Shown: positions 11,158 through 20,813 of the stretch, in pieces
Numbering within the stretch: position 1 is the stretch's first letter
Layout of the letters: each line of letters starts with the position of its first letter
Assembly: GCA_963704165.1 (NCBI GenBank)
Contig: CAVPHD010000004.1
Location: 1 to 64,000 of the forward strand
DNA: 64,000 nucleotides
Reading direction: 5' to 3'
Source: an uncultured delta proteobacterium
Lineage (GTDB): Bacteria; Myxococcota_A; UBA9160; SZUA-336
Made by a program: the position numbers and the translations under genes
Notes under the pieces: generated by a model
Told to the model about the DNA's origin: nothing
The model's database searches: none
Seen by the model: the letters and a program-made list of their open reading frames with translations, nothing else

Positions 11158-13439
11158 TGCCGGTCCTTGCACGCCTCGAACGCATCGTCTCGAAGCACGG
11201 CGTCGCCTTGCTCGTCGCGACCGCGCTCGCGACCGCGGTGCTCGCATTCGGCTACGCGCGGCTCGACTGGACCAGCGATCCCGAGGTGATCACGCTCGAA
11301 GGCAGCGACGAGCTCGATTTCTATCGGGACTTCGTCTCGCGCTGGGGAAGCGACAAGTGGGTCGTCCTCGCCTGGGAGGTCGAGGACGCGTTCTCGCCCG
11401 ATAGCCTCGGGATCCTGCGCGAGCTGACGCGGACGTTGCAGGACATCCCCGGTGTCGCCTCGGTCAGCTCGCTCGATACCGCGGCCACGGTCGAGACCGG
11501 CCCGTTCGGTCCGTTCGTGCGGCCGCTCGTTCCCGACGAGATCGGTTCGGACCCGGAGCTGCGCGAGGCGGCGCTCGCAAACAGCTTCGTGCGCGACCAG
11601 CTCGTCTCGCGCGATGGTCGGCTCCTGCTCCTCGCGGTTCAGCTCGAGGCGGGCGAGCTCGACTCGACCGCGCTCGAACGCGAGGTGCTCGCCGGGATCG
11701 ACGCGCGACTCGCACTTCCGGCCTTCGAGGCGCTCGACATCCGGCGCGCTGGTTCGCCCGTCTTCAATCGCGAGCTCGAACGGCTGAACCGCCGCGACAA
11801 CGCGATCTTCACACCCCTCGCGCTGGGAATGATCGCGGTCGTGCTCTTCCTGCTCTTTCGCAGCGTGGTCGCGACCGGGCTCGCGCTCGCGACGATCGGA
11901 CTCACCGTCGTCTGGACGCAGGGACTGATGGGTTGGATCGGCGTGCCGATGAACATCACCACGTCACTCCTGCCGCCGCTCCTGATGGTGATCGCGGTCG
12001 CGTACTCGATCCACGTGATCTCGGGCTACGTCGAGCGGCTCGGCGAAGGCCTGACGCGCGAGCAGGCGCTGCACTGGACGCTGCACGAGATGCTTCCGTC
12101 GTGTTTCTGGACCGCCGCCACGACGGCGATCGGCTTCGCCTCGCTGCTCGCGGTGAGGATCGAGAGCGTGCGGATCTTCGGACTCTTCGCCGTTCTCGGC
12201 GTCGTGCTCGCATGGATTCACGGCTCGATCGTCCTGCCGGCGCTGCTCGTGCGGCTTCCGCTCGAATCCGTGGCCGAGCGCCGGGCCGAGCTCCCGTGGC
12301 TGCGCTTCGTCGTCGCCGGATCCCACCGCCGTTGGCCCGCGCTCTGCTTTCTCGCCGTCGTGATCGCGCTGGGCTGCTGGGGCGCACCGCGCGTCGAGGT
12401 CGCAACCCACGACGGCGAGTTCTTCCGCGCCGAGAATCCGATCAATCGGGCGTACCGGCTGATCGAGTCCCGGATCGGCGGAGTGACCCCATTCGAGGTC
12501 GAGCTGCGGGGACCGTCACCGGGCGCATTCCGAACCGCAGAGGGCGTCCGCACACTCGATGCGCTGCAGTCGCGGCTCGCGGGAGTTCCCGAGCTCTCGG
12601 CCGGCACGTCGCTCGTCGATCTCCTGCGCGCCTCCGATCCGCGTCTCGATCTCGGCGACGCCGACGCGATCCGGCGCGAGCTCTTCCTGCTCTCGGCCCT
12701 CGAGCCGTTCGAGATGGATCGGTTCCTTCGCGACGACGCGCGCCTCGCGCGCGTTTCCGCTCGTGCGATGGCGATGACCTCCGCACGCAGCGAGGAGATC
12801 CTGCACGAGCTTCGCGCCGACACCCGCCGCTTCCTGCCCGCGGGCTGGAGCGCCCGATTCACCGGGCTCGTGCCCGTCTTCGCGCAGATGGAGCAGTACC
12901 TGGTCACGGGCCAGCTCGCGAGCTACGGCTCGGCGATCCTGTCGGTCGGTCTGGTCTTCCTGTTCTTGCACCGCTCGCTTCGCGTCGCCGCGATCGCGCT
13001 CGTCGTGAACATCGCGCCGATCGGTCCGACCGCAGCGCTGATGGCCAGCCTCGGGATTCGCCTGGACGTGGCCACGATCATGGTCGCCTCGATCGCGCTC
13101 GGCATCGTGGTCGACGACACGATCCACGTCTTGCACGCCTGGCGGCGTGGGCTCGAGCTTCGCGGGAATGCGGACGGCGCGCTCGAGTACGCGCTCGGGG
13201 TCGCGGGAAGGCCGACGATTCTGACCGCCGTGATCCTGGTCTGCGGCTTCGGCATGCTGACGTTCTCGGACTTCCAGCCGACGTCGCACTTCGGCGGGCT
13301 CGTGGCGTTCACCGTCGCGGTTTCGCTCGCCGCGGAGCTCGTGCTGCTGCCGCCGGCCCTCGCCTGGCTCGCGAAGCGATCCCTGCCGAGCCCGCGTGCG
13401 AATCCTGGAACGGAGCCGATTCCCGCGCACCCGCCCTGA
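11157..13439 (+). CDS. MMPL/HAE3-type RND transporter
   Basis: Two RND repeats; TTAIGFASL, GIVVDDTIH motifs; 760 aa. Confidence 0.9.
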   Translation: MPVLARLERIVSKHGVALLVATALATAVLAFGYARLDWTSDPEVITLEGSDELDFYRDFVSRWGSDKWVVLAWEVEDAFSPDSLGILRELTRTLQDIPGVASVSSLDTAATVETGPFGPFVRPLVPDEIGSDPELREAALANSFVRDQLVSRDGRLLLLAVQLEAGELDSTALEREVLAGIDARLALPAFEALDIRRAGSPVFNRELERLNRRDNAIFTPLALGMIAVVLFLLFRSVVATGLALATIGLTVVWTQGLMGWIGVPMNITTSLLPPLLMVIAVAYSIHVISGYVERLGEGLTREQALHWTLHEMLPSCFWTAATTAIGFASLLAVRIESVRIFGLFAVLGVVLAWIHGSIVLPALLVRLPLESVAERRAELPWLRFVVAGSHRRWPALCFLAVVIALGCWGAPRVEVATHDGEFFRAENPINRAYRLIESRIGGVTPFEVELRGPSPGAFRTAEGVRTLDALQSRLAGVPELSAGTSLVDLLRASDPRLDLGDADAIRRELFLLSALEPFEMDRFLRDDARLARVSARAMAMTSARSEEILHELRADTRRFLPAGWSARFTGLVPVFAQMEQYLVTGQLASYGSAILSVGLVFLFLHRSLRVAAIALVVNIAPIGPTAALMASLGIRLDVATIMVASIALGIVVDDTIHVLHAWRRGLELRGNADGALEYALGVAGRPTILTAVILVCGFGMLTFSDFQPTSHFGGLVAFTVAVSLAAELVLLPPALAWLAKRSLPSPRANPGTEPIPAHPP

Positions 13440-13474
13440 GTTGCGCGACCGGGACGCAATCGTCCGAGCGCCCT

Positions 13475-13493
13475 GATTCGAAGATTCGAACTC
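13475..13493 (+). promoter_or_regulatory. Putative activator binding site, copy 2 (GATTCGAAGATTCGAACTC)
   Basis: Matches 7872-7890 with the same offset to the -24 element. Confidence 0.65.
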
Positions 13494-13531
13494 GCGCGGC
13501 TTCACGCGCCGCGCTTCGCGAATCCCGGGCG

Positions 13532-13547
13532 TGGCATGCGCCTTGCT
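13532..13547 (+). promoter_or_regulatory. Sigma54 -24/-12 promoter (TGGCATGCGCCTTGCT)
   Basis: GG-N10-GC; upstream of AAAGGAG RBS and ATG 13580. Confidence 0.85.
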
Positions 13548-13579
13548 CCGCTCGCCCCCACGAATTCGAAAGGAGCGCC

Positions 13580-14902
13580 ATGCAGATCGTCTCCACGCTG
13601 AGGAAACTCACGGGTCTCGCCGCGACACAGGCGAGGCTCGGCCTGTCGGCGCGAGAGCTCGAGCGCGTGCAGCTGCGCAAGCTCCAGCAGGTTCTGCGCC
13701 GGGCCTGGGATCGCGTTCCGCTCTACCGGGAGAAGTTCGAGAAGGCGAACGTGCGGCCCGCGGACCTCGAGACGCTCGCCGATCTCGTCCGTTTCCCGAT
13801 CACCGAGAAGGACGAAGTCCGCGACAGCTTTCCGCGCGGCTGCGTCGCCGCCGGGACCGATCTGGCGAGCTGTCGGATCCAGCAGACCTCCGGCTCGACC
13901 GGGCAGTGCATGGAGATCGCGCTCGACCAGCGAAGCGACGACATGCGCACGCTCTTCACGCAGCGGGTGTACGGAATGCAGGGATTCCGCTTCTGGCGCC
14001 GCATGGCGTACCTGTTCCCGTACGAGCTGCCGCTGCGCAAGGGCAATGCGGGTCTGTACCGGAATCGCTGGTTCTCGACCAAGCTCGAGCCCGAGGCGAT
14101 TCTCGCGGGGCTGCGCGCCTGGCGCCCACACCTGCTCGCGGCGACGCCGAGCGATCTGCTCGAGCTCTGCGACGGGCTCCGTGGAGACCTGCGCGATCTC
14201 GGGCTCGAGGCGATCTGCGTGCACTCCGAGCCGATGTCCCGTGACGAGCGGGAGCACGTCGCTTCGCGCTTCGGCTGCCGCATCGCGACGAATTACTACT
14301 GCAACGAGGTCTGGGCGATCGCCGCGGAGTGCCAGAGCGGCGCGCTTCACCAGTTCCCGGACAACGTCGTGCTCGAGATCGTGGACGACCTCGGTCGTCC
14401 GGTGCCGCGCGGCGAGCGCGGCCACGTGCTCGTGACGTCGCTGCACAACTACGTGCAGCCGTTCATTCGCTACCGACTCGGCGACATCGCCGCCTGGGAG
14501 CCCGACAGCGGCCCGTGCGGGTGCGGGCTCGACCTTCCTCGCGTGCGCGCGCTCGAGGGCCGGGACGACGACTACATCGAGTACCCCGACGGGCGCCGGA
14601 TGCACCCCGCGCGAATCACCGTCGCGGTGAAGAGCCCGTGCTTCGATCATCCGGGCGCGCAGATCTTCCGCGACTACCGGATCACACAGGACGGTCCGGC
14701 GCACGTGACGGTGCAGATCGTTCCCGGACGCGACGCGAGTTTCCTCCGAGGCTGCGCCGAAGCGGGGCGAGCGAATCTGTCACGCCTTCTCGGCGCGCCG
14801 TTCCAGGTCGATCTCGAGATCCACACGTCGCTGCCTCGCGGCAGCGGTGGAAAGCGCAAGATCGTCGAGCGTCGTCCCGCTCCGCGAGTCACGGCATCGT
14901 GA
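13580..14902 (+). CDS. Phenylacetate-CoA ligase (PaaK/CapK)-family adenylating enzyme
   Basis: QTSGSTG P-loop, FPITEKDEVR, PFIRYRLGD, EGRDDD, GKRK. Confidence 0.85.
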   Translation: MQIVSTLRKLTGLAATQARLGLSARELERVQLRKLQQVLRRAWDRVPLYREKFEKANVRPADLETLADLVRFPITEKDEVRDSFPRGCVAAGTDLASCRIQQTSGSTGQCMEIALDQRSDDMRTLFTQRVYGMQGFRFWRRMAYLFPYELPLRKGNAGLYRNRWFSTKLEPEAILAGLRAWRPHLLAATPSDLLELCDGLRGDLRDLGLEAICVHSEPMSRDEREHVASRFGCRIATNYYCNEVWAIAAECQSGALHQFPDNVVLEIVDDLGRPVPRGERGHVLVTSLHNYVQPFIRYRLGDIAAWEPDSGPCGCGLDLPRVRALEGRDDDYIEYPDGRRMHPARITVAVKSPCFDHPGAQIFRDYRITQDGPAHVTVQIVPGRDASFLRGCAEAGRANLSRLLGAPFQVDLEIHTSLPRGSGGKRKIVERRPAPRVTAS

Positions 14903-16647
14903 GCGGAGCCATCGGGCACCGATCTCCGGTCTCTTGCGCAGCCGCCCGCCGCGATGGACGCGTGATCGCGAGTGGCGGATACGATCGGCGCATCCTGCTC
15001 TGGGACGCCACGAGCGCTTCGGTGATCCGGGAGCTCGTCGGTCACACCGGGCTCGTGAACGCGGTCGACTGGGCGCCCGATGGACGGCTGCTCGCCTCCG
15101 CGTCGAGCGACCGGACCGCGCGGCTCTGGGATGCGAACACGGGAGTCGAGCTCGCGGCGCTCCGCGGCCACGACGACGACGTGAATTCCGTCCGCGTCTC
15201 GCCCGACGGACACCGGATCGCGACCGCGTCCTTCGACGGCAGCGTGCGCGTCTTCACGCGCTCGGGTGACTGCCTGCTCGTCGCTGCGCATCACGCGACC
15301 GACGTGAACTCGGTCGCCTGGTTTCCCGACGGGCGGCGTCTGGCCGCCGCCTCGGACGACGGCACGGTCTCGATCTTCGACTCGGGAACCGGACGCATCC
15401 GTCGCGTCCTGGCGGGGCACACCGACTGGGTCGACCACGTCGCCGTGCACCCGGCGGGCGTGCTCGTCGCGTCGGCCTCGCTCGACGGCAGCGTCGGGAT
15501 CTGGAACGCGGCGAGCGGCGCGCGCGTGGCGACGCTGGCGGACGCCACCTGCGTGGTGAAGGCCGTCGCGTTCTCGCCGGATGGCACGAGGCTCGCTTCG
15601 AGTTCGTACGACGGACGCGTGCGGGTCTACGACACCGGCGACTTCCGACGACTCGAGGAGCGATCCGCGCGGGGTCTCTGGAACCGCACGCTCTCGTGGA
15701 TGGATCGCGAGCTGGTCACGGGCAGCTTCGGTGGCGGCCCGGTCCTGCTCGGCGAGCGAGGCGAACGGCGCTTCGGCCGCTCGACGACCTCGGGTTTGAA
15801 CGGCTTCGCGCTCTCGCCCGATGTCCCGCGAGCCGTCGTCTGCTGCGATGACGGAAGGCTCTACGAGCTCGATCTCGAACGCCGTCGGGTGCTGCGTGTT
15901 CTCGGTGCGCACGACGGCGCCGTGCTCTGCGCGTCGTACTCGCCCGACGGGCGCCTCGTCGCGAGTGGCTCGTGGGACCGCACGGTCCGGATCTGGGATG
16001 TCGAGGACGGCCGTGCCGTGGCGGAGATCGGCGGATTCGGTCAGCCGATCAACGCCCTGGTCTGGAACCGGGGTGGTGCGGAGCTCTTCCTCGGCGGCTT
16101 CAACGGCGAGGTCACGATCCTCGATCCCGAGAGCGGCGAGCTGACCCGGGTCGGCACGCACGTCGGTTCGGTGAAGGGTCTCGCGCGTTCGGGCGAACGC
16201 GTGGCCTCGGTCGGGCGCGACGGCTGCGTGCAGCTCCTCGGGCCCAACCTGTCCACGCGCTTTCGGGCGGGTGAGTCGATCCTGAACGGTGTCGCTCTCT
16301 CCGAGAAGGGCGACCGTATCGCGACCGTTTCGCGACGCAACGGCGTCGAGCTCTGGAGCGAGGCCGGAGAGCGGCTCGCGAGTTTCCGCGAGCACGCCGG
16401 CTCGGCCAAGGCGGTGGCGTTCTCGCGCGACGAGGCGCTGATCGCGGCGGGCTACTACGACGGCTCACTCGCGCTTTGGAGCCCCGAAACCGGCGAAGCC
16501 CGCGTCGAACGCGTCTCCGACGCGAGCATCTCGCAGGTCGGTTTCGGAAGGCGCGAGCTCCTGGTCTCGACCTGGGACGAGCGCGGCACTCTCGTCTTCG
16601 TCGATCCATGCAAGGGTGTCATCGCGCGAGTCTCGGTGGCTGCATGA
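14899..16647 (+). CDS. WD40-repeat protein (582 aa, probably a double beta-propeller)
   Basis: Repeated GH...V..V..SPDG..LAS.S.D.T.R.WD units along the whole length. Confidence 0.9.
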   Translation: MSGAIGHRSPVSCAAARRDGRVIASGGYDRRILLWDATSASVIRELVGHTGLVNAVDWAPDGRLLASASSDRTARLWDANTGVELAALRGHDDDVNSVRVSPDGHRIATASFDGSVRVFTRSGDCLLVAAHHATDVNSVAWFPDGRRLAAASDDGTVSIFDSGTGRIRRVLAGHTDWVDHVAVHPAGVLVASASLDGSVGIWNAASGARVATLADATCVVKAVAFSPDGTRLASSSYDGRVRVYDTGDFRRLEERSARGLWNRTLSWMDRELVTGSFGGGPVLLGERGERRFGRSTTSGLNGFALSPDVPRAVVCCDDGRLYELDLERRRVLRVLGAHDGAVLCASYSPDGRLVASGSWDRTVRIWDVEDGRAVAEIGGFGQPINALVWNRGGAELFLGGFNGEVTILDPESGELTRVGTHVGSVKGLARSGERVASVGRDGCVQLLGPNLSTRFRAGESILNGVALSEKGDRIATVSRRNGVELWSEAGERLASFREHAGSAKAVAFSRDEALIAAGYYDGSLALWSPETGEARVERVSDASISQVGFGRRELLVSTWDERGTLVFVDPCKGVIARVSVAA

Positions 16648-17630
16648 AGCCCGACGCCCTGCGAGCGCTCGCATTCCGTTTTCGCGAGGCGCGCGCTCTC
16701 TTCGCCGGCGTCGAGCTCGGCGTCTTCGAGGCGCTCGGAAACGAATCGAAGGACGCGGACCAGCTCGCGGGCGTGCTCTCGCTCGACACACGCGCCACCG
16801 GAATTCTGCTCGAGGCGCTCGCCGCGCTCGGCGTCCTGGTTCGCGATGGAACGCGATACGCGATTCCCGCCGAGCTTCGGGGAACGCTGGTACCGGGGAG
16901 CGCCGAGTACGCGGGGAATCTCTTCCTTCACGACCTGTGGCACTGGACGAGCTGGGGACGGCTCGACTCGGTGCTGCGAGACGGGCAGGCCTGGACCCGC
17001 CGGGATGGAGACCCGCACCTCGCCAACCCCGAAGTGCTCCGTCGCTTCCTGCCGAACTACACGCTCGCGATGGAGCAGAGCGAGGGAGGCGCGAGCGAGA
17101 GGCTCGCGCAGCGCATCGCCGCGCTCGCACCTTCGCGCGTGCTCGATCTCGGTGGCGGCAGCGGGGGGCTGCTCATCGCGCTTCTCGGGATCCTGCCCGA
17201 GGCGCATGGGACGCTCGTCGAGCACGGCTTCTCGCTCGGGCGCGCAGCGGATCTCGTGGCGGGCTCGTCGGCGAGAGAGCGGATCACGCTTCTCGCGATG
17301 GACTTCGAGAAGGAGGAGATCCCGATCGGCCACGATCTCGTCGTGCTCTCGCGCGTGCTGATGGGGATGACGCCGGAGCGAGCGCGCTCGCTCGTCGGTC
17401 GAGCCGCGCTCGCGCTCGAATGCGGTGGCGCGCTGGTCATTCACGAATTCGACGCGACGACCCGCGTCGGCGCGTTGCTCTCCCTCGACATGCTGCTCCA
17501 CACCGGCGGCGCCTCGCACCCGCGAGCGGAGCTCGAGTCCTGGCTCGCGGGCTGCGGACTCGAGCTCGAGTCGTCGCGTCGCCTGCTTCCGTACACGCGC
17601 GCCTGGATCGCGAGGAAGGCTGCGCGATGA
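16644..17630 (+). CDS. SAM-dependent O-methyltransferase with dimerisation domain
   Basis: AGVELGVFEAL dimerisation domain; VLDLGGGSG motif I. Confidence 0.85.
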   Translation: MKPDALRALAFRFREARALFAGVELGVFEALGNESKDADQLAGVLSLDTRATGILLEALAALGVLVRDGTRYAIPAELRGTLVPGSAEYAGNLFLHDLWHWTSWGRLDSVLRDGQAWTRRDGDPHLANPEVLRRFLPNYTLAMEQSEGGASERLAQRIAALAPSRVLDLGGGSGGLLIALLGILPEAHGTLVEHGFSLGRAADLVAGSSARERITLLAMDFEKEEIPIGHDLVVLSRVLMGMTPERARSLVGRAALALECGGALVIHEFDATTRVGALLSLDMLLHTGGASHPRAELESWLAGCGLELESSRRLLPYTRAWIARKAAR

Positions 17631-18343
17631 GACTTCGGGATCGATGTGCCCTGGTCACCGGCGCGGGGAAGGGGCTCGGCCGCGCGATCGTCGAGGGCTT
17701 CGTCGCGGAGGGAGCGCGCGTTCTCGCGCTCGCGCGCACCGCGAGCGAGCTGGCCCGGCTCGAGGACGCCCACCCCGGCCGGGTCGTCGGGGCGGTGCTC
17801 GACGTGACTTCGCGAGATCAGGTCGACGGACTCCCGGATCTCGTCGACAAGTCGCTCGGTCGGCTCGATCTTCTGGTCAACAACGCGGGCGTCTGGATGG
17901 AGCGCGAGTTCCTCGCGTACACGCGCGCGGAGTGGGATCTCACGATCGCGACGAACCTCACCGCGATCTTCGACGTCACGCAGTCACTCCTTCCGACGCT
18001 GCTGCGCTCGGACTCGGCGCGCATCATCAACATCGCCTCCATCGATGGCGAGGTTGGCTTCCAGAAGCTCGTCGCCCAATGCGCCTCGAAGTTCGGCGTA
18101 GTCGGCTTCACGAAGGCGCTCGCGAAGGAGCTCTGGAACGCGCCGATCACCGTGAACGCGATCTGCCCGGCCGAGGTGGACAAGTCGGTGGCGTTCAGCG
18201 CGACGCCGGCACGCGGGCCCGCTCCGGAGCGGGCGCTTCCGTGGGACGTCGCGCGCGCGGCGATCTATCTCGCGAGCGACGAGGGGGTGCGCGTGAACGG
18301 TGCCTGCCTCGACGTGCACGGCATCGGATTCCTCGCGTCGTGA
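17627..18343 (+). CDS. SDR-family oxidoreductase with atypical active site (QxxxK)
   Basis: TGAGKGLG, NNAG, NIAS; QCASK where YxxxK is expected. Confidence 0.85.
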   Translation: MRLRDRCALVTGAGKGLGRAIVEGFVAEGARVLALARTASELARLEDAHPGRVVGAVLDVTSRDQVDGLPDLVDKSLGRLDLLVNNAGVWMEREFLAYTRAEWDLTIATNLTAIFDVTQSLLPTLLRSDSARIINIASIDGEVGFQKLVAQCASKFGVVGFTKALAKELWNAPITVNAICPAEVDKSVAFSATPARGPAPERALPWDVARAAIYLASDEGVRVNGACLDVHGIGFLAS

Positions 18344-20178
18344 GTCGAATTCGGCCGGTGCTTCCGTGGCTCGTCGCCGCGGTGATCCTCGCTCTTCTCT
18401 TCGCGCGCGTGGATCTAGAGGCGACGCTCGCCGCGCTCGGGACCGCGGACCTGTACGCGTACACGCCGATCGCCGTCGTGTTCACGGTTCTCTGGCTCGC
18501 GCTCGACGCGTTCGTGCTGCGCGCGGTGTTCGCGCGCGTGGGGGCGACTCTGTCGTTCCGCGAGATGGTGCTGGCGCGCGCCGCGACGTATCCGTGGATG
18601 GTGCTCTCGTTCGATCTGTCGAACGCCGCGCTCGTCGCGGGGTTGCGTCGAAGCAGCGGCGTTCCGGTCGCGAGTCTCGCCGCGGCGATGCTCGCGCACT
18701 ACGCCTGCGACCTCGTCGCGCTGGCCACGGTCGCGGCCGTCGGCGCGGTCGCTTCGGAGGGCGCGTTCGCCGCGGTGCTCCGGCCGATGCTGATCGGGCT
18801 CGCGCTCGTCGCCGCGGGGATTCTCGTCTCGGCCCGAATGGGCGTCGCGAGGTTCGGCCGCGGCAGGCTCGCCGACGCGGTGCGCGCATTTCGCCCGCGG
18901 GATCTCGCGCGCGTCGTCGCGTTGCGCTGGCTCTTCTACGCGAGCTTCGCGCTCTTCGTCTGGCTCACGCTGCCGTGCTTCGCGCTCGACGTGCCGTTCC
19001 TCGCCGTGCTCGCCCGGATGCCGGTGGTGCAGAGCATCGCCGCACTGCCGATCTCGCCCGGTGGCATCGGGACCGCGCAGGCGGCGATGGTCGCGCTATT
19101 CTCGGGCTTCGGTCCCGCGTCGAGCTGGCTTGCGTATTCACTCGTCTACAGCCTGACCCTCGTTCTGCTGCGGCTGCCGATCGGCTTCGCGGCCTGGGGC
19201 GGACGCGCGAGCTCGGCGGGAGAAAGGAAGACCCTGCAGCTTCTCGTGCTCGCGCTCGTTTTCGTCGCTGGCTGCAGCGTCCCGGTTCCGTTCGCGGACG
19301 ACCTGCTCTTCAGCCTCGATCGGCCGCAGCTCCCGGTTTCCGAGGACTGCCGCCGCTGTCACGGCGAGGTGGTCGAGGAATGGTCCGACTCGCCGCACGC
19401 GGGAGCCTGGACGTCTCCGCGTTTCGCGGCGCTGACCGCGGATCACGCGGCCGAGGCATGTCTCGGGTGTCACGCCCCCGCGCCGATCGGACGAGAGGGC
19501 GAGATCGCCCTGCGCTCGGATCACCGCGAGGAGGGAGTCACGTGCATCAGCTGTCATCTGATGCCCGATTCCGCTCCGCTGACGATGCGCGGCCCGCACG
19601 CGCGCACGTCTCCCGTCGAGGTTCACCCGATCGAGGTCGATCCGCTCTTCACGAAGCCCGACCTCTGCGGCACCTGTCACGCGGAGGTGCTCGAGCAATT
19701 CCGCGCCGCGCCCGCTCCGGCGGACGGCTCGGAGAAGGAGATCTGCCAGGGCTGTCACATGCCGGCCGTTCGCCGCACGATCGAGAGCTACGACACGTCT
19801 CGGCCGTACTCGCGCGTGCTGGTCGCGCTCGGCAAGCCGGTGGCGGGCCGCCGGCACCGCTTCGGCGTTCCGCTCGAGCCGTGGGAGGACATCGACCTCG
19901 ACAGCCGACGCGAGGCGGACCGTTGGATCGTCCGCGTTCGCAACAAGCTGCCGCACGCGCTTCCGACCGGAGCGTTCGGGCAGCGCGAGGTGCGGCTGCG
20001 CGCGGGCGACCAGGTGATTCGCCTGCGCGCCGATCTCGACCAGGCGATCCCCGCCGGAGAGGAGCGGGGCTTCGAGCTCGCGGCCGGCGCGAGCGCCGAG
20101 GTCGTGCTCGAACGGCGCAATCCGCGCACCGGCGCATACGAGCGGCTGGCTCCGGCACCCCCGGAGGCCGAGAAGTGA
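18340..20178 (+). CDS. LPG-synthase-TM/flippase-like (UPF0104) domain fused to a pentaheme c-type cytochrome
   Basis: LPISPGGIGTAQA motif and TMs, then FVAGC and five CxxCH (CRRCH, CLGCH, CISCH, CGTCH, CQGCH) in one frame. Confidence 0.75.
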   Translation: MSRIRPVLPWLVAAVILALLFARVDLEATLAALGTADLYAYTPIAVVFTVLWLALDAFVLRAVFARVGATLSFREMVLARAATYPWMVLSFDLSNAALVAGLRRSSGVPVASLAAAMLAHYACDLVALATVAAVGAVASEGAFAAVLRPMLIGLALVAAGILVSARMGVARFGRGRLADAVRAFRPRDLARVVALRWLFYASFALFVWLTLPCFALDVPFLAVLARMPVVQSIAALPISPGGIGTAQAAMVALFSGFGPASSWLAYSLVYSLTLVLLRLPIGFAAWGGRASSAGERKTLQLLVLALVFVAGCSVPVPFADDLLFSLDRPQLPVSEDCRRCHGEVVEEWSDSPHAGAWTSPRFAALTADHAAEACLGCHAPAPIGREGEIALRSDHREEGVTCISCHLMPDSAPLTMRGPHARTSPVEVHPIEVDPLFTKPDLCGTCHAEVLEQFRAAPAPADGSEKEICQGCHMPAVRRTIESYDTSRPYSRVLVALGKPVAGRRHRFGVPLEPWEDIDLDSRREADRWIVRVRNKLPHALPTGAFGQREVRLRAGDQVIRLRADLDQAIPAGEERGFELAAGASAEVVLERRNPRTGAYERLAPAPPEAEK

Positions 20179-20813
20179 CGCTTCGGCGCGTGCCTCGCTT
20201 TGGCCGGACCACGCGCTGGTTCCACTGGACCTTCGCGCTCTCGTTTCTCGGCCTCGCGTTCAGCGGTGGCCTGCTGCTCGTTCGCGCGGAGCTCGGCATC
20301 GACGCCGCGAACATCGCGTCGCTGATCGACGCCCACAAGATCATCGCGGTCGTCTTTCTCACCGCGCCGTGGTTGATCGGGCTGTCCGGTGATCGAAGCG
20401 CGTGGCTCCGCGACCTGTCGGAGACGGCGCGGCTCCGACGAGACGATCTGGTCTGGCTCGTCCGACAGCCGCTCGCGATGCTCGGCAAGGCGGAGCTTCC
20501 GCCCCAGGACAAGCTCAACGCCGGTCAGAAGCTGAACGCTCTCGCGGTCGCCGCGATCTCGGGCGCGATGGTCGTCACCGGGCTTCACATGTGGCAGGAG
20601 CCGGGGTCGTTTCTCGCGTTGGTCGTCCACGTGATCGGCTTTCTCGCCTGGATTCCCGCCTTCTGTGTCCACCTGTTCATGGCGTTGATCAACCCGAGCA
20701 CACGTCCGGCTCTGCCCGCGATGATTCGGGGCGACGTCGATCGTGACTGGGCCGCGCACCACCACGCGCGCTGGCTCGAGTCGGTCGAGCAGGAAGAGCG
20801 GGGGCCGAGGTGA
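20175..20813 (+). CDS. Membrane cytochrome b (FdnI-like)
   Basis: RWFHW, DKLNAGQKL, heme-ligand His residues in TMs, W..HHH..W tail. Confidence 0.85.
   Translation: MTLRRVPRFGRTTRWFHWTFALSFLGLAFSGGLLLVRAELGIDAANIASLIDAHKIIAVVFLTAPWLIGLSGDRSAWLRDLSETARLRRDDLVWLVRQPLAMLGKAELPPQDKLNAGQKLNALAVAAISGAMVVTGLHMWQEPGSFLALVVHVIGFLAWIPAFCVHLFMALINPSTRPALPAMIRGDVDRDWAAHHHARWLESVEQEERGPR

Noticed and set aside
11933..13579. Long N-terminal extensions on track ORFs (PaaK-like, WD40, SDRs, response regulators)
   Set aside because: True starts are defined by RBSs or ATGA/GTGA overlaps; the extensions are low-complexity read-through
14899..16647. Nucleotide repeats resembling an array or CRISPR
   Set aside because: Degenerate WD40 coding repeats; no constant repeat-spacer structure or cas genes
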